This document shows, piece after piece, positions 50,901 to 60,153 of a stretch of 64,000 nucleotides of DNA; within the stretch, counting starts at the first letter, position 1, and the number at the start of each line of letters is the position of its first letter. Origin of the DNA: an uncultured Chloroflexia bacterium (GTDB lineage Bacteria > Chloroflexota > Limnocylindria > Limnocylindrales > CSP1-4). The notes under the pieces are model-generated. The model searched no databases. It had not been told where the DNA came from and saw nothing but the letters and a program-made list of their open reading frames with translations. Where the stretch lies: positions 119,920 through 183,919 of the forward strand of contig CAVTQU010000008.1 of NCBI GenBank assembly GCA_963736895.1. The letters are read 5' to 3'. Position numbers and translations under genes: made by a program.

Positions 50901-51354
50901 CACGGCATGGTTCGACCACCAGTGGGGGGACTTCATCGCAGTGGGCGGCGGTGGCTGGGACTGGTTCGCGGTGAACCTCGCTGACGGGACGGATCTGACG
51001 ATGTCGCTCGTACGCGCCGCCGACGGCAGCTACCCGTTGGTGTACGGCACGCTCGTCCACGCCGACGGCACCTTCGAGCACCTCACCTCAGACGCGTTCC
51101 AGATCACGCCGACCGGCTCGTGGACCAGCCCGCACACGGGCGCCACGTACCCATCGGGCTGGACGGTGAACGTTCCCGGACAGGACCTCACGATCCAACT
51201 CATGCCAACGTTGCAGGACCAGGAGCTGGACACGCGTGCGTCGACGGGCGTCGTCTACTGGGAAGGGTCACAGGTGGTCGAGGCGACCAGGGGCGGCCAG
51301 CCGGTGGAGGGTGAGGCGTATGTGGAGCTGACCGGCTACCCGACTACGAATTGA
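47956..51354 (+). CDS. MMPL-family RND transporter fused to a C-terminal CrtC/AttH-like (lipocalin-like, hydroxyneurosporene-synthase family) domain
   Basis: 1132 aa in one frame. Residues 1 to about 745 are MMPL (12 TM, two periplasmic loops, typical C-terminus LLGDLNWWMPERLRRVLP). A lipobox-like LFLVGC and PT linker follow. The last ~340 aa have EWWYYTGHL...FGFEFVVFR...WFDHQWGDF, characteristic of the AttH/CrtC family. Confidence 0.75.
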   Translation: MNLFHRLGFFCARHRWAVITVWAVLLLAAIPFAPRLPGELRSGGFSLNDLEASRARQLLESGLNVPPSAMVILIQSQTDARAGDPAFEAAAAQALARVPTAEHVAGLLTHQLAPRQISADGKTVYEIVALDLPPDDSPLALDPVRDAITQVPGYQVYLAGGPAFYGDIQVLSEHDLQRSEFISLPLAALALLLVFGSLIAAGVPIVVGGSAVLVALGALFFVAERTPLSIFVLNLATLLGLGLGVDYALLLTSRFREELGARAGGRTPDGAVDQQAVNEAVAATVATAGRAVFFSGLTVLLGLIGLILFEFMVLRSVGIAGAAVVAVAVAAAITLQPAVLAALGPRVNSYRIRLRRRKPDTPQGQTSGAWARLANRVMDRPLLFFIPTLGLLLVLGSPFLHVRFNAPDASILPPNVPSRQAYDLLVNDFGEGEFAPLLVAIRTDGPATDPANVGALYDYSRRLAADPRVGRVEGMVDVDPRLGRDQYQLLYSAPGGPADRFVADALRRSTNGDLTAFTVYTPYGPNRAEAQALVRDMRNPASGIAPPAGMTVLVGGGAAEVSDVVTRIGQDFPRSALFILVSTYLVLFVLLRSVVLPAKALIVNALSITASFGALVWIFQDGNLSALFNFLPLGFVETTLPVILFCVLFGLSMDYEVFLLSRMKEVYDQTHDNRLAVARGMERSGRIVTSAALIVVVVAGSFAFADIVLIKALGLGVAIAVALDATVVRALLVPSTMRLLGDLNWWMPERLRRVLPPVVACLFLVGCTANGRILSNEPTPRPTLPPATAAPAPVADPVPIVFPRDEATHDRLTEWWYYTGHLQADDGQKFGFEFVVFRAERGAFPVSWASHLALTDESGQRFLYDQRSEVGPQVSQLFPTDTERGFDLAIRGGFDPTGSGAEGEPGLPWTMSGVGGHDTLSAATDGFALDLSLTDTRTQPVLHDDDGWVDFGPAGGSYYYSRPRMDATGSLTLDGNAMTVTGTAWFDHQWGDFIAVGGGGWDWFAVNLADGTDLTMSLVRAADGSYPLVYGTLVHADGTFEHLTSDAFQITPTGSWTSPHTGATYPSGWTVNVPGQDLTIQLMPTLQDQELDTRASTGVVYWEGSQVVEATRGGQPVEGEAYVELTGYPTTN

Positions 51355-51700
51355 GCAGGAAGAGCGCCAGCAGAACAGCGGCCGCGACAACGACAACGAC
51401 CATCCCCAGGTGCAGCCCGACCGATGAGCGAAACGAGCCCGTCGACAGCTGCCGTCGCGTGCTGACGTACGAGTAGCCACCGGCGATCGCGACGATGCCA
51501 CCGAGCAGAACGAGGAGGATCCCGGCGTAGGCGTAAAAGTCGCTGGTCTGGCCTTGCGCCGCGAATCGGTCGATCAGGAAACCCAGGCCCATCAGCGTCA
51601 GGGCAGTGCGAATCCAGGCGAGCAGCGTGCGCTCGTTGGCAAGGTGGTCGCGCACCGACGGCGGCGCGACCGGATCCTGAGGTGATGCCGGTTCGGTCAT
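51344..51700 (-). CDS. DUF202 (YidH-like) membrane protein
   Basis: LANERTLLAWIRT motif; 3 TM. Confidence 0.7.
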   Translation of the reverse strand: MTEPASPQDPVAPPSVRDHLANERTLLAWIRTALTLMGLGFLIDRFAAQGQTSDFYAYAGILLVLLGGIVAIAGGYSYVSTRRQLSTGSFRSSVGLHLGMVVVVVAAAVLLALFLLNS

Positions 51701-51714
51701 GACCTCGTCCTCCG

Positions 51715-53359
51715 CTAGTAGTCGAGCAGCCCCTGCGAACCGTCACGCATCTGGTCGATGACGAACTGCCCGCCATCGGCGATCGAAACGAGGTTCGGCT
51801 GCGAGTCGATGATCAGCGTGGTGTGGAAATCGATCTGCACCAGCTGGCTGCCGTTGAACGTCAGCTCGGGGATCACGCTCATCATCGTCGACTGGCGGAA
51901 GTCCTGGTCGAAGATCAGGTTGCCCAGCGAGTACATGACGACGTGGCCGTCGATGTCCTCCATCGCCCCGGCGATGTGCGAATGGGCGCCGATCACCATG
52001 TCCGCACCTGCCGCGATCCACTCGTTGGCGAGATCGCGCTGGTAGCTCGCCGGTGTGGGCTTGTACTCGATCCCCCAATGCGGGAATACGATGACGACGT
52101 CTGCCGTCTCCTTGACCCGGCGAACTTGGCCGGCGATGTCGCTCTGCTTGCAGTTGTTTGTGCCGACCTCGTCGGGCCCTTTAACGGTCCAGCCAGGCCT
52201 GATCGCATCGCACGAGATGATCGCCACGCTTGTGCCATTGACCTCGAAACGGCCCGGCTGCGACGCGTCGTTGCCCTTGCCGCCGCCGCTGTGTTCGATT
52301 CCGCGCAGGTCGAGTTGTTCCTCCGCGGTGAGGATGCCGCGGCCACCGGCGTTGCGAACGTGGTTGTTGGCCAGCGACATGAAATCCAGTCCTGCCTTGT
52401 GAACGGAATCGAGCAGCGACGCGTCTGCTGTAAAGGTCAGGCCGCCCGCATGGTAGGGCGCGTCGACCAGTACGGCCGACTCGAGGTTGGCCATGGCGAT
52501 GTCGCCGCCGGAGAGAAGGTCGCGCAATGCTGCCGCCGTTCCCGGTGCGGTCCGTGGTGGGATACGGATAGCCGAAGTAGGAACAGCACTTGATGCCGGT
52601 CACCCTGGCCGTGCCGCCATCGAACAGGTAATCGCCGCTCTGGCCGTGATTCTTGACGGCCAGCGCTACGCCACGATCCATCATCACGTCACCGGCGGCA
52701 ACCAGGGTCCACAGCGTGGACTGATCCCAGGCGGTGTCCGAGAGAACCTGCGCGGTGAGCGGCCATTCGCTCACGTCCGCCACGCGGTCGTTCCCGAACA
52801 GGTAAGTGCCGTCGACCGCCAGGGCGTTCATCTGTTTGTCGACTTGCGTGGCCCTCACAACGCCCAGGGCCCCGTCCTTGACGGCCGCGGCGAGCTCATC
52901 GGCCGAGACCTGGTCGAGCTCGGTCCCGCCGAGGAGTCCACCGATGACGTCGGCATCCTCCGGCGAGACGACAACGCGTGGGTAATGGTCGTGGCTGCCC
53001 GATGCCGCGGCGCGAAGGTCGGCCATGGAGATCGAAGACGTGGTCGACCAGAAGTCAACGACCGGCACGAACGGCATCTCGACCGCGGACGGCGGAACCG
53101 GCGTTGGGGAAGGGGTTGGGGTGGGAGTCGCCGATGCAGGTGTGGCGGGATTCGAGCTTGGCTCGGTCGCCCTGGGTTGTTCGCTTGAATCTGGGTTGCT
53201 CGTGGTCATCGAATTCGCGGGTGATGGACGCGCCGCAACGATGGTTGCCGTAGCTGAGGCGGCGGGCGCGGCGGGCTTGTTGAAGAACGCGACGAAACCG
53301 ACGAGCGCGATCAGCGCAACAGCGACCGCTGCGACTAGAAGCCCCCGGTTAGCAGACAC
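51715..53359 (-). pseudogene. CapA/PgsA-family membrane-anchored metallophosphatase-like protein (poly-gamma-glutamate capsule biosynthesis family), apparent frameshift at about 52560
   Basis: N-terminal TM, PT linker and first half in frame 52181..53359 (TLWTLVAAGDVMMDRGV). Second half in frame 51715..52527 (SLANNHVRNAGG, IVFPHWGIEY, IGAHSHI). One extra A at GGGAACGG explains the shift. Confidence 0.65.
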
Positions 53360-53408
53360 CTGGTGTCCCCTCTCGGCACGCGCTCAACGGGCGGCATCAC
53401 GTAGTTTC

Positions 53409-53485
53409 TGGCGGACCCGACCGGATTCGAACCGGCGATCTCCAGCGTGACAGGCTGGCATGTTGGGCCGCTACACCACGGGTCC
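53409..53485 (-). tRNA. tRNA-Asp (anticodon GTC), CCA encoded
   Basis: Reverse complement: GGACCCGTGGTGTAGCGGCCCAACATGCCAGCCTGTCACGCTGGAGATCGCCGGTTCGAATCCGGTCGGGTCCGCCA. Cloverleaf with anticodon loop CTGTCAC and T-loop GGTTCGAATCC. Confidence 0.85.
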
Positions 53486-53541
53486 GTGCAGCGATGCGAA
53501 AGGATACCAGCGCCGACTCGCGGAACCGGAAATCCCAGCGG

Positions 53542-53940
53542 TCAGCGCGCCTCCAGCAATCCGACCATGCCGTACGCCTCGTGACCGGGGAGGTGGCAGA
53601 TGTACTGCCAGCTGACCTCCGGAAACGTGATCGTCGTCTCCACGGTCGAGAGCGCCGGGATCGACACCTCGGTCGGCCGGCTGCCGTGGTGAGCTTCAGT
53701 TCCTGTCCGGTGAACCTCGTGCATCGCGGCATCGCCGACCAGCCACTCGTGCTCGATCGGATCCTCGTTGATCAGCACGATCGTCACAGGGCGACCGTGG
53801 GGGACAGTGACCAGGCTGGGGTAGTAATGCGAGTAGCGGATCCGAATCTCGACCCGGGCCGGCGCCGCCAGCGCCGGGTCGACCGCGAGCAGGCTGATGC
53901 CTGCGACGAACACGCCCACGAAAGCGCCGACGGCAATCAC
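53542..53940 (-). CDS. Membrane-anchored cupredoxin (type-1 blue copper, plastocyanin/azurin-like) domain protein
   Basis: C-terminal copper site YICHLPGHEAYGM (Cys-x2-His-x4-Met) plus an upstream His. N-terminal TM. Start adjusted to about 53940 to avoid overlap with the upstream gene. Confidence 0.65.
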   Translation of the reverse strand: MIAVGAFVGVFVAGISLLAVDPALAAPARVEIRIRYSHYYPSLVTVPHGRPVTIVLINEDPIEHEWLVGDAAMHEVHRTGTEAHHGSRPTEVSIPALSTVETTITFPEVSWQYICHLPGHEAYGMVGLLEAR

Positions 53941-53960
53941 GTCCGCCAGCCGACCGCGAT

Positions 53961-55022
53961 TTATGCCGGGCTGGCCGGACCGAACCTCCGACGACCAACC
54001 GCAAACGCCGTGATCCACGCCGTCACTACGATCGCGGCCCCGCCCACGAAGAGCCAGCCGATGGTCTTGTCAGTGAGCGTCGGCGCATGAACAGTGCCGG
54101 ATACGCCGGCGCGCATCGCTGACGGCTGGCCAGTGCCCGCGGCATCGATGGCCAGGTCCATGCGAATGTCGGCGGCGGTACCGTCGATACGCACCTTGCT
54201 CAGCCACGCAGACTCGGGCACCCATTCCATCCCCTTGTCGCTGCGCAGGTCGCTGAGAAGCGAGTCGCTTGCGCCGGCCGAGTGCTGGAGGAACATGCCT
54301 GTGGCAGTCACCGGGTTGGGCAGCATCCGCGGCGCGGTATCGGTCAGCACGTACACGTCTGCCTGGACCGGCTCCTGCGCTGTCTTGCCCAGGGCGAGAA
54401 TGCGCAGCGGCACCCACGGGTTGTCGGTTGGGATCGTGACGTGGACCGGCGTGCCGTCGCCGACTGCCTGTCCGCGTTCGCTAGCTGCGTCGGCATCGAA
54501 GACTGCAGCCAGGAAGATCGGACTGCGGCTGGCGTAGAAATCGAGCATCTCGGGCGCGTCAGGCGGCAGTCGGAAGCCGTGATCGGTCGCCCATGCGCCG
54601 ACGTCGTTGGCGCCTCCGCGAAGGACCGTGATGTCGAGAGCATCGATACGGACCTGGAGGATCACCTCGGCACCTGCGGATTGCGGCGCAGCTGCGTCAA
54701 ACGCGAAGTCCTCGAGGACCGGATCTGTCTCGCGTACCAGGCGCTGGAGTGTCCAGTCGCCGCCACGCTCCACTGATGTCGGCACGCCCGGCAACGGCAC
54801 GATGGAGCCAAACTCGCCACCGCCACCTGCGAACTGGAAAGCTGTCACGTAGTGCTCGACGCCGTCGTGGTAGCCGGCGAGAGTCGTGGTTCGCAGAAGG
54901 TTGACGGCGCCGTTTGGTCCGATGAGGCCGCCACAGGCAAATGTAGGCCCGGCAACGATGGTCAGGGCAACAAGGGCGCCGAGCAGAGCAAGCACGGGAC
55001 GCCCGATTCGACGCGTTCTCAA
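53961..55022 (-). CDS. Secreted protein with C-terminal TM anchor, unknown function
   Basis: Signal peptide ([15 protein letters not shown]), 353 aa, C-terminal hydrophobic helix plus RRR. Confidence 0.4.
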   Translation of the reverse strand: MRTRRIGRPVLALLGALVALTIVAGPTFACGGLIGPNGAVNLLRTTTLAGYHDGVEHYVTAFQFAGGGGEFGSIVPLPGVPTSVERGGDWTLQRLVRETDPVLEDFAFDAAAPQSAGAEVILQVRIDALDITVLRGGANDVGAWATDHGFRLPPDAPEMLDFYASRSPIFLAAVFDADAASERGQAVGDGTPVHVTIPTDNPWVPLRILALGKTAQEPVQADVYVLTDTAPRMLPNPVTATGMFLQHSAGASDSLLSDLRSDKGMEWVPESAWLSKVRIDGTAADIRMDLAIDAAGTGQPSAMRAGVSGTVHAPTLTDKTIGWLFVGGAAIVVTAWITAFAVGRRRFGPASPA

Positions 55023-55082
55023 GTGTCACCTCGATCGGTCGATTGACCCGTCTGGGTCGCAGGGCGCTAAGACTCACCAACT

Positions 55083-55118
55083 CCCGATTCGGTTCCGCGG
55101 ATAGCCGATTCGGTTCCG
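55083..55118. repeat. Tandem direct repeat CCGATTCGGTTCCG (x2, period 22) upstream of ltaE; TATACT -10-like hexamer at 55134..55139
   Basis: Seen directly. The start codon at 55151 lies about 12 nt after the -10-like element, suggesting a leaderless or short-leader mRNA. Confidence 0.5.
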
Positions 55119-55150
55119 TGGAAGCCTCCGACCTATACTCGGCCTCCTCC

Positions 55151-56260
55151 ATGGCCGACCAACTGATCGACCTCCGTTCCGACACGGTCACCCACCCGAC
55201 GCCTGAGATGCGCCGGGCGATGGCCGATGCCGAGCTGGGCGACGACGTCTTTGGCGACGACCCAACGGTCATCGCTCTCGAGGAGCGCGCCGCCGAGCTG
55301 ACCGGCAAGCAGGCGGGCCTGTTCGTCGCCAGCGGCACGATGGGCAACCTCGTCAGCCTCATGGCGCAGGTGCCGCGCGGCGGAGAGGTGATCGCCGGTG
55401 AGGGCGCGCACTCGTTCGCTCACGAGGCGGCCAACTACGCGGTCGTGGTCGGAACATCGATGAAGCTCCTGCCCTGGAACGACCAGGGAAAGATGGAGCT
55501 CGACGCCATCAAGCGAGCGTTCCGCAACCCGGACGACGTTCACGACCCGATCACGTCGCTGGTGATGCTCGAGAACACGCATTCAGATTCGATGGCCCAG
55601 CCACTTCCCGCCGAGTACGTCGAGGACGTGGGAAAGGTGGCCCACGACAGACACGTGCCGCTCCACGTGGACGGGGCTCGAATTTGGAACGCATCGGTGG
55701 CGCTGGGCACGCCTGCACGCAAGCTGCTGGGCCCGGCCGACTCGGCCACTTTCTGTCTTTCGAAGGGCCTCGCCTGTCCGGTGGGCTCCGTCGTGGTCGG
55801 CACGACCGACTTCATCAAGCAGGCCCGACGCGCTCGGAAGCTGCTGGGCGGCGGGATGCGCCAGGCGGGCGTACTCGCCGCGGCCGGGCTGATCGCGCTG
55901 CGCGACGGATCCGACGGCATGATCGACCGCCTCGCCGAGGATCACACCAACGCGCGTCGACTCGCCGGCGGGCTGGCGGACCTCCCCGGGATCCTGGCCC
56001 TGGAGCCGGAGCGCGTACGGACCAACTTCGTGTTCTTCGAGCTGGCCAAGGCGGAGCAGCGCATGAAGTTCCTCGACGCGCTCAAGGACGAGGGCGTCCT
56101 GATGATCGATTACCCGGGTGGGGAGAGGATTCGCGCCGTCACTCATTACGGAATCAGCGCCGCGGACGTGGACGCTGCGATTAGCGGCGTGCGCAAGGCA
56201 CTACATGCAGTTGGGCTGGCGCCTGCTCCCGCGGCCGCCACTGCAGCCACAGCGGCGTGA
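55151..56260 (+). CDS. ltaE: Low-specificity L-threonine aldolase (PLP-dependent, LtaE/GLY1 family)
   Basis: [20 protein letters not shown]...GTMGNL...[12 protein letters not shown]; about 370 aa from MADQLIDL. Confidence 0.8.
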   Translation: MADQLIDLRSDTVTHPTPEMRRAMADAELGDDVFGDDPTVIALEERAAELTGKQAGLFVASGTMGNLVSLMAQVPRGGEVIAGEGAHSFAHEAANYAVVVGTSMKLLPWNDQGKMELDAIKRAFRNPDDVHDPITSLVMLENTHSDSMAQPLPAEYVEDVGKVAHDRHVPLHVDGARIWNASVALGTPARKLLGPADSATFCLSKGLACPVGSVVVGTTDFIKQARRARKLLGGGMRQAGVLAAAGLIALRDGSDGMIDRLAEDHTNARRLAGGLADLPGILALEPERVRTNFVFFELAKAEQRMKFLDALKDEGVLMIDYPGGERIRAVTHYGISAADVDAAISGVRKALHAVGLAPAPAAATAATAA

Positions 56261-57963
56261 CGGTCCAGGGGCAGCCAGTTCAGCAAGAGGCCCTGGTCGC
56301 CGCGGTCGTACCGCCGGCAACCACGCCGGCCGAGATCGAGCTCGAGACTCTGATCAAGGATCGTTTCGAGTCGCTGATGCGGCGCTTTCCGAACTTCGCC
56401 ACCTACCTCGGAGTTGACGCGTACGACGGCGAGCTGTCGGACGGCACGCGCGACGCGATCCAGGCGGAAATCGACGCTGCCCACGCTTTCGAAAGCGCGC
56501 TCGAAGCGATGGACGGCAACCAGCTTTCCGAGTACCACGCCGTTGAGCGCGACCTCGTCCTGTACGCGACCCGCCGCGCGATCTTCGACGAGGAGGTGCA
56601 TCGCGTCTGGGAGCGGCGGGTCAATGCAGCCGACGAGATCGGCGACGGCATATTCCTCGTCTACGCCCGCGGGACACGGCCGCTGGAGGAGCGGCTATCG
56701 TCGATAGCGTCGCGTCTCGAGGCGGCGCCGCGCCACATCGAGCAGCAGAAGACGCGGCTGGGCACCGAGCCACCGGTGCTGCTGTGGAACGAGATGGAGC
56801 TCGAATCGGTCGAGTCGCTGCCGACGCTGTTCGAGGAGATCGTCAACGCGGCGAAACGGCACCTTGGTGAGGATCACGCCGAGACGAAGCGGCTGGCGTC
56901 GGCGGCCGCCACCACGTCCGAGGCACTTGACGGATACGCGTCGTGGGTCCGCGAGCGGCTGACCGCGGCCGACAACAACTACGCACTGGGCTCAGACCGC
57001 TACGACACGCTCGTCGGGCTGCGCGCCTTCGATGGTCTCGACACTGACGCCATCCTCGCCATCGGCGAGGAGCAGCTGGCGCTGAACAAGGACGCCCGTC
57101 GGCGCATCGCGCTTCAGATCGACGCCAGCGCTACGGAGCTGGAGGTGCTCGATCGGATCAAGTCGGACCACCCACAGGACTTCGAGGGTGCGCTGGAGGG
57201 CTACCGCAGCGCGATGGACGAAGCGCGGCGGTTCGTTATCGAGCACGGGATCGCCTCCCTGGCGCAGGGCGAGGAGATATCGGTCATCGAAACACCCGAA
57301 TTCCTGCGCAATGTGCTTCCGTTCGCTGCCTACTTCCCGCCGCCCAAGTTCGGGACGGGCAGCTCGCCCAAGGGCCTGTACGTCGTCACGCCCTCAATCA
57401 GCGGCGAGGCCGGCGCGATGCGTGAGCACAATCACGCGGCGATCTACAACACCAGCATCCACGAGGCGTATCCGGGCCACCATCAGCAGCTGGCCGCGGC
57501 GATCACTCATCCCAGCCTGGGTCGGCTTCTCGTGGACGCTCCCGAGTTTGTCGAGGGCTGGGCGATGTATTGCGAGCAGATGGTGCGCGAGGAGGGCTTC
57601 GATACCCAGCCCGAACACGTCCTGATGATGCACACCGATGCCATCTGGCGGGCCTGCCGGATCATCCTCGATGTCAAGCTGCATCGCGGCCAGGTCAACC
57701 TGCAGGAGGCGACCGAGTTCCTGATCGAACAGACCGGCTTCGAGCGTGCCAACGCCGCCGCCGAGGTCCATCGTTACACCTACACGCCGACCTACCAGAT
57801 GAGCTATCTGCTGGGAAAGGTCATGCTCCTGCGGCTGCGCGAGGACGAGAAGCGGCGGCTCGGGGAGCGGTTCTCGTTGCGCGGCTTCCATGACGCGATG
57901 CTGCGCGAAGGCAACCTGCCGATCAGCTTCCATCGCCGGCTTCTCGAGTCCAGCCCCAGCTGA
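56257..57963 (+). CDS. DUF885-family protein (putative metallopeptidase-like)
   Basis: 568 aa; SIHEAYPGHHQQ motif characteristic of DUF885. Confidence 0.7.
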   Translation: MTVQGQPVQQEALVAAVVPPATTPAEIELETLIKDRFESLMRRFPNFATYLGVDAYDGELSDGTRDAIQAEIDAAHAFESALEAMDGNQLSEYHAVERDLVLYATRRAIFDEEVHRVWERRVNAADEIGDGIFLVYARGTRPLEERLSSIASRLEAAPRHIEQQKTRLGTEPPVLLWNEMELESVESLPTLFEEIVNAAKRHLGEDHAETKRLASAAATTSEALDGYASWVRERLTAADNNYALGSDRYDTLVGLRAFDGLDTDAILAIGEEQLALNKDARRRIALQIDASATELEVLDRIKSDHPQDFEGALEGYRSAMDEARRFVIEHGIASLAQGEEISVIETPEFLRNVLPFAAYFPPPKFGTGSSPKGLYVVTPSISGEAGAMREHNHAAIYNTSIHEAYPGHHQQLAAAITHPSLGRLLVDAPEFVEGWAMYCEQMVREEGFDTQPEHVLMMHTDAIWRACRIILDVKLHRGQVNLQEATEFLIEQTGFERANAAAEVHRYTYTPTYQMSYLLGKVMLLRLREDEKRRLGERFSLRGFHDAMLREGNLPISFHRRLLESSPS

Positions 57964-57976
57964 ATTCGACTGACGC

Positions 57977-58705
57977 ATGCTCATCGTTCCCAGCCTCGAC
58001 CTGAAGACCGGGCGCTCGCGGCTGGTCTTCTGGCCCGGTGCGGCGAGCGGCACTGGGACGCCGACGGATCGTCCTGAGGTCATCGCCCGCTCGTTCGTGG
58101 AGCTCGGCGCCCGGCTGCTGCACCTGGTCGACCTCGATGGCGCCGTCAAGGGCGCACCGGCCAACACAGAGGCAATCCAGCGCATCTCGCAAGCGGTCGC
58201 CGTGCCAATCCAGCTCGCCGGCGGCATCGACGGCCCGGAGCAGATCGAGCTGGCGTTCGCTGCCGGCGCCACGCGCGTCGTGGTCCCGTTGTGGGTCGTG
58301 GCCGAATCCGTCGACAAGTTGCGTGCCTGTCTCCGCGTTGCCGGCGATTGGCTGGCAATCGGCATGGACGGGCGCCCTGAGCGCCTCGCCGAGTACCCGT
58401 GGCACGGTCCCACGCCAACTTTCGAAGAATTGGTGATCATGCTCGTCGGCGAGCGAGTCCGAAGGATCGTGGTCTCTCATTGGACCATCGACGATCTGCC
58501 GCGGATCAACGACCTCGCCAACCGTCACGATGTGGAGATCCAGCTGGCAGGCGGTGCCACTGATCTCGAAATGGTCCAGGCCGCCCGACGGTCCGGGGTG
58601 CACTCGCTGATCCTCGGCGAGGCGCTGTTCACCGGCGCGGTCGATTACCAAGCAGCGGTGCAGGCAACCGCAGGAACAGGAGCTCAACCGGTGGCAAATG
58701 GCTAA
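57977..58705 (+). CDS. HisA/HisF-family (beta/alpha)8-barrel protein (ProFAR isomerase-like), divergent
   Basis: LIVPSLDLKTGRSR N-terminus and DLDGA, QLAGGI motifs. Confidence 0.55.
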   Translation: MLIVPSLDLKTGRSRLVFWPGAASGTGTPTDRPEVIARSFVELGARLLHLVDLDGAVKGAPANTEAIQRISQAVAVPIQLAGGIDGPEQIELAFAAGATRVVVPLWVVAESVDKLRACLRVAGDWLAIGMDGRPERLAEYPWHGPTPTFEELVIMLVGERVRRIVVSHWTIDDLPRINDLANRHDVEIQLAGGATDLEMVQAARRSGVHSLILGEALFTGAVDYQAAVQATAGTGAQPVANG

Positions 58706-59489
58706 GCGTCGAAAGCAAACGCCCCAGCGGTCGCACGTCTACCAGGCGGGTGATGTTCGGCCCGGGTTCTCGCGGAAGCAGCCGCCCAAGCCGGAGAGCA
58801 GCGGCCCCAACTGGACGATGATCATTGCCGGGGCCGTCGGCGTCGTCGCCTTGGTGGCGATTCTCGCCTACGCGTTCGGCTTCTTCACGCCTGCGCCCGC
58901 AGCTAGTCCATCGCCAACCGCGGTTGCCCAGGGGACACCGCGGCCGAGCTTCGACGTCCATCCCCCGCTCGCCACGCCGCTGGCCAGCCCGCCGGCCTCG
59001 CCCGCGGGAGACGGCACGACTGCGACGATCTCCACCGATCTGGGCGACATCACTTTCGAGGTCTACAACCAATCCGCGCCAGTGGCGTCCGAGAACTTCA
59101 TCAACCTCGCGAATGCCGGTTTCTACGACGGCACGACCTTCCATCGTATCGTCCCGGACTTTGTCATCCAGGGCGGCGACCCCGATGGGAACGGGACCGG
59201 CGGGCCGGGCTACACCATCCCCGACGAGCCCGTTGTCGGCCAGTACGGAACCGGGATCGTCGCTATGGCCAGGTCCCAGGCACCGAACTCACAGGGATCG
59301 CAGTTCTTCATCGTGCTATCGGACTCCCCGGACACGGTAAGTGCGCTTGAAGACGTCCGCACATACGTCATCTTCGGCAAGGTCACGGAGGGCTTGGACG
59401 TGGCGCAAGAGATCGCCGCGGGGCCGGCGCAACAGCAGATCGCGGTCGATCCCGTGGTCATGGACAGCGTGACCATCGAAGGACCCTGA
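58698..59489 (+). CDS. Cyclophilin-type peptidyl-prolyl cis-trans isomerase with N-terminal TM anchor
   Basis: TFHRIVPDFVIQGGDP...GTGGPGYTIPDE...SQFFIV cyclophilin signatures. Confidence 0.85.
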   Translation: MAKRRKQTPQRSHVYQAGDVRPGFSRKQPPKPESSGPNWTMIIAGAVGVVALVAILAYAFGFFTPAPAASPSPTAVAQGTPRPSFDVHPPLATPLASPPASPAGDGTTATISTDLGDITFEVYNQSAPVASENFINLANAGFYDGTTFHRIVPDFVIQGGDPDGNGTGGPGYTIPDEPVVGQYGTGIVAMARSQAPNSQGSQFFIVLSDSPDTVSALEDVRTYVIFGKVTEGLDVAQEIAAGPAQQQIAVDPVVMDSVTIEGP

Positions 59490-59760
59490 AACAGGAAATC
59501 GGGCCGATCAGGGCCCGATTCGCGCTTATAACACAGGTTGCGGAATATTAACTCTGCAATCTGAATAACCCCTTGAGGCGCTCGATGGGGTCAGGTAAAC
59601 TATGCCTTGGATGTCGCGCTAACGCGCGGCATGTGCTGCCCCAGGCGCAAGGTCATGGGTAGGTTGGGTTAGGGTAGCCGGTGCAGCCGGCGTGATAGAT
59701 GCCCTTGTGGCGTGGCAGGTTCCCAACAGCTTCGGTTGTTGGATCGGCCGGGACAGTGCA

Positions 59761-59792
59761 GCGGCCCCTCTTCGGAGGGGTCGCTTCTTTTT
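59761..59792 (+). terminator. Rho-independent terminator (GCGGCCCCTC-TTCG-GAGGGGTCGC followed by TTCTTTTT)
   Basis: Perfect 10-bp stem, 4-nt loop, T-run. Located 270 nt after the PPIase stop and 60 nt before tRNA-Arg. Confidence 0.6.
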
Positions 59793-59853
59793 ACGCCGGC
59801 GTCCTCAGGCACGCCTGCTGACGTTCCCGCTAGTCTGAACGCCTTCGCGCGCT

Positions 59854-59929
59854 GCGCCCGTAGCTCAGCGGATAGAGCGTCTGCCTCCGGAGCAGAAGGC
59901 CGTGGGTTCGAGTCCCGCCGGGCGCGCCA
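59854..59929 (+). tRNA. tRNA-Arg (anticodon CCG), CCA encoded
   Basis: GCGCCCGTAGCTCAGCGGATAGAGCGTCTGCCTCCGGAGCAGAAGGCCGTGGGTTCGAGTCCCGCCGGGCGCGCCA; D-loop AGCTCAGCGGATAGAGC, anticodon loop CTCCGGA. Confidence 0.85.
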
Positions 59930-60153
59930 TCTCCTCTGCGAACGCCACGGGTATTTTTGCCTGTTGCGCACTGATGGAAAATGACAACCCGGGAACCATC
60001 GGGTGTCAGGTATGGGCAGCCGTGTCCAACACTGCCGATGACGTTTTCGCCGCGCGGTAGCCGGCCACCAACGACGACCAAAACCCGCTCGTAGTCGTTT
60101 CGCCGGAACACGCTGGCTCTGATCCGCTCGTTGTGTAAAGCAAGGAGTACGTC

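Noticed and set aside
53397-53540. Possible integrated mobile element at tRNA-Asp (tRNA genes are common integration sites)
   Set aside because: No integrase, recombinase, phage, transposase or direct-repeat duplication of the tRNA 3' end was found on either side. Flanking genes (capA-like, cupredoxin) are ordinary chromosomal genes.
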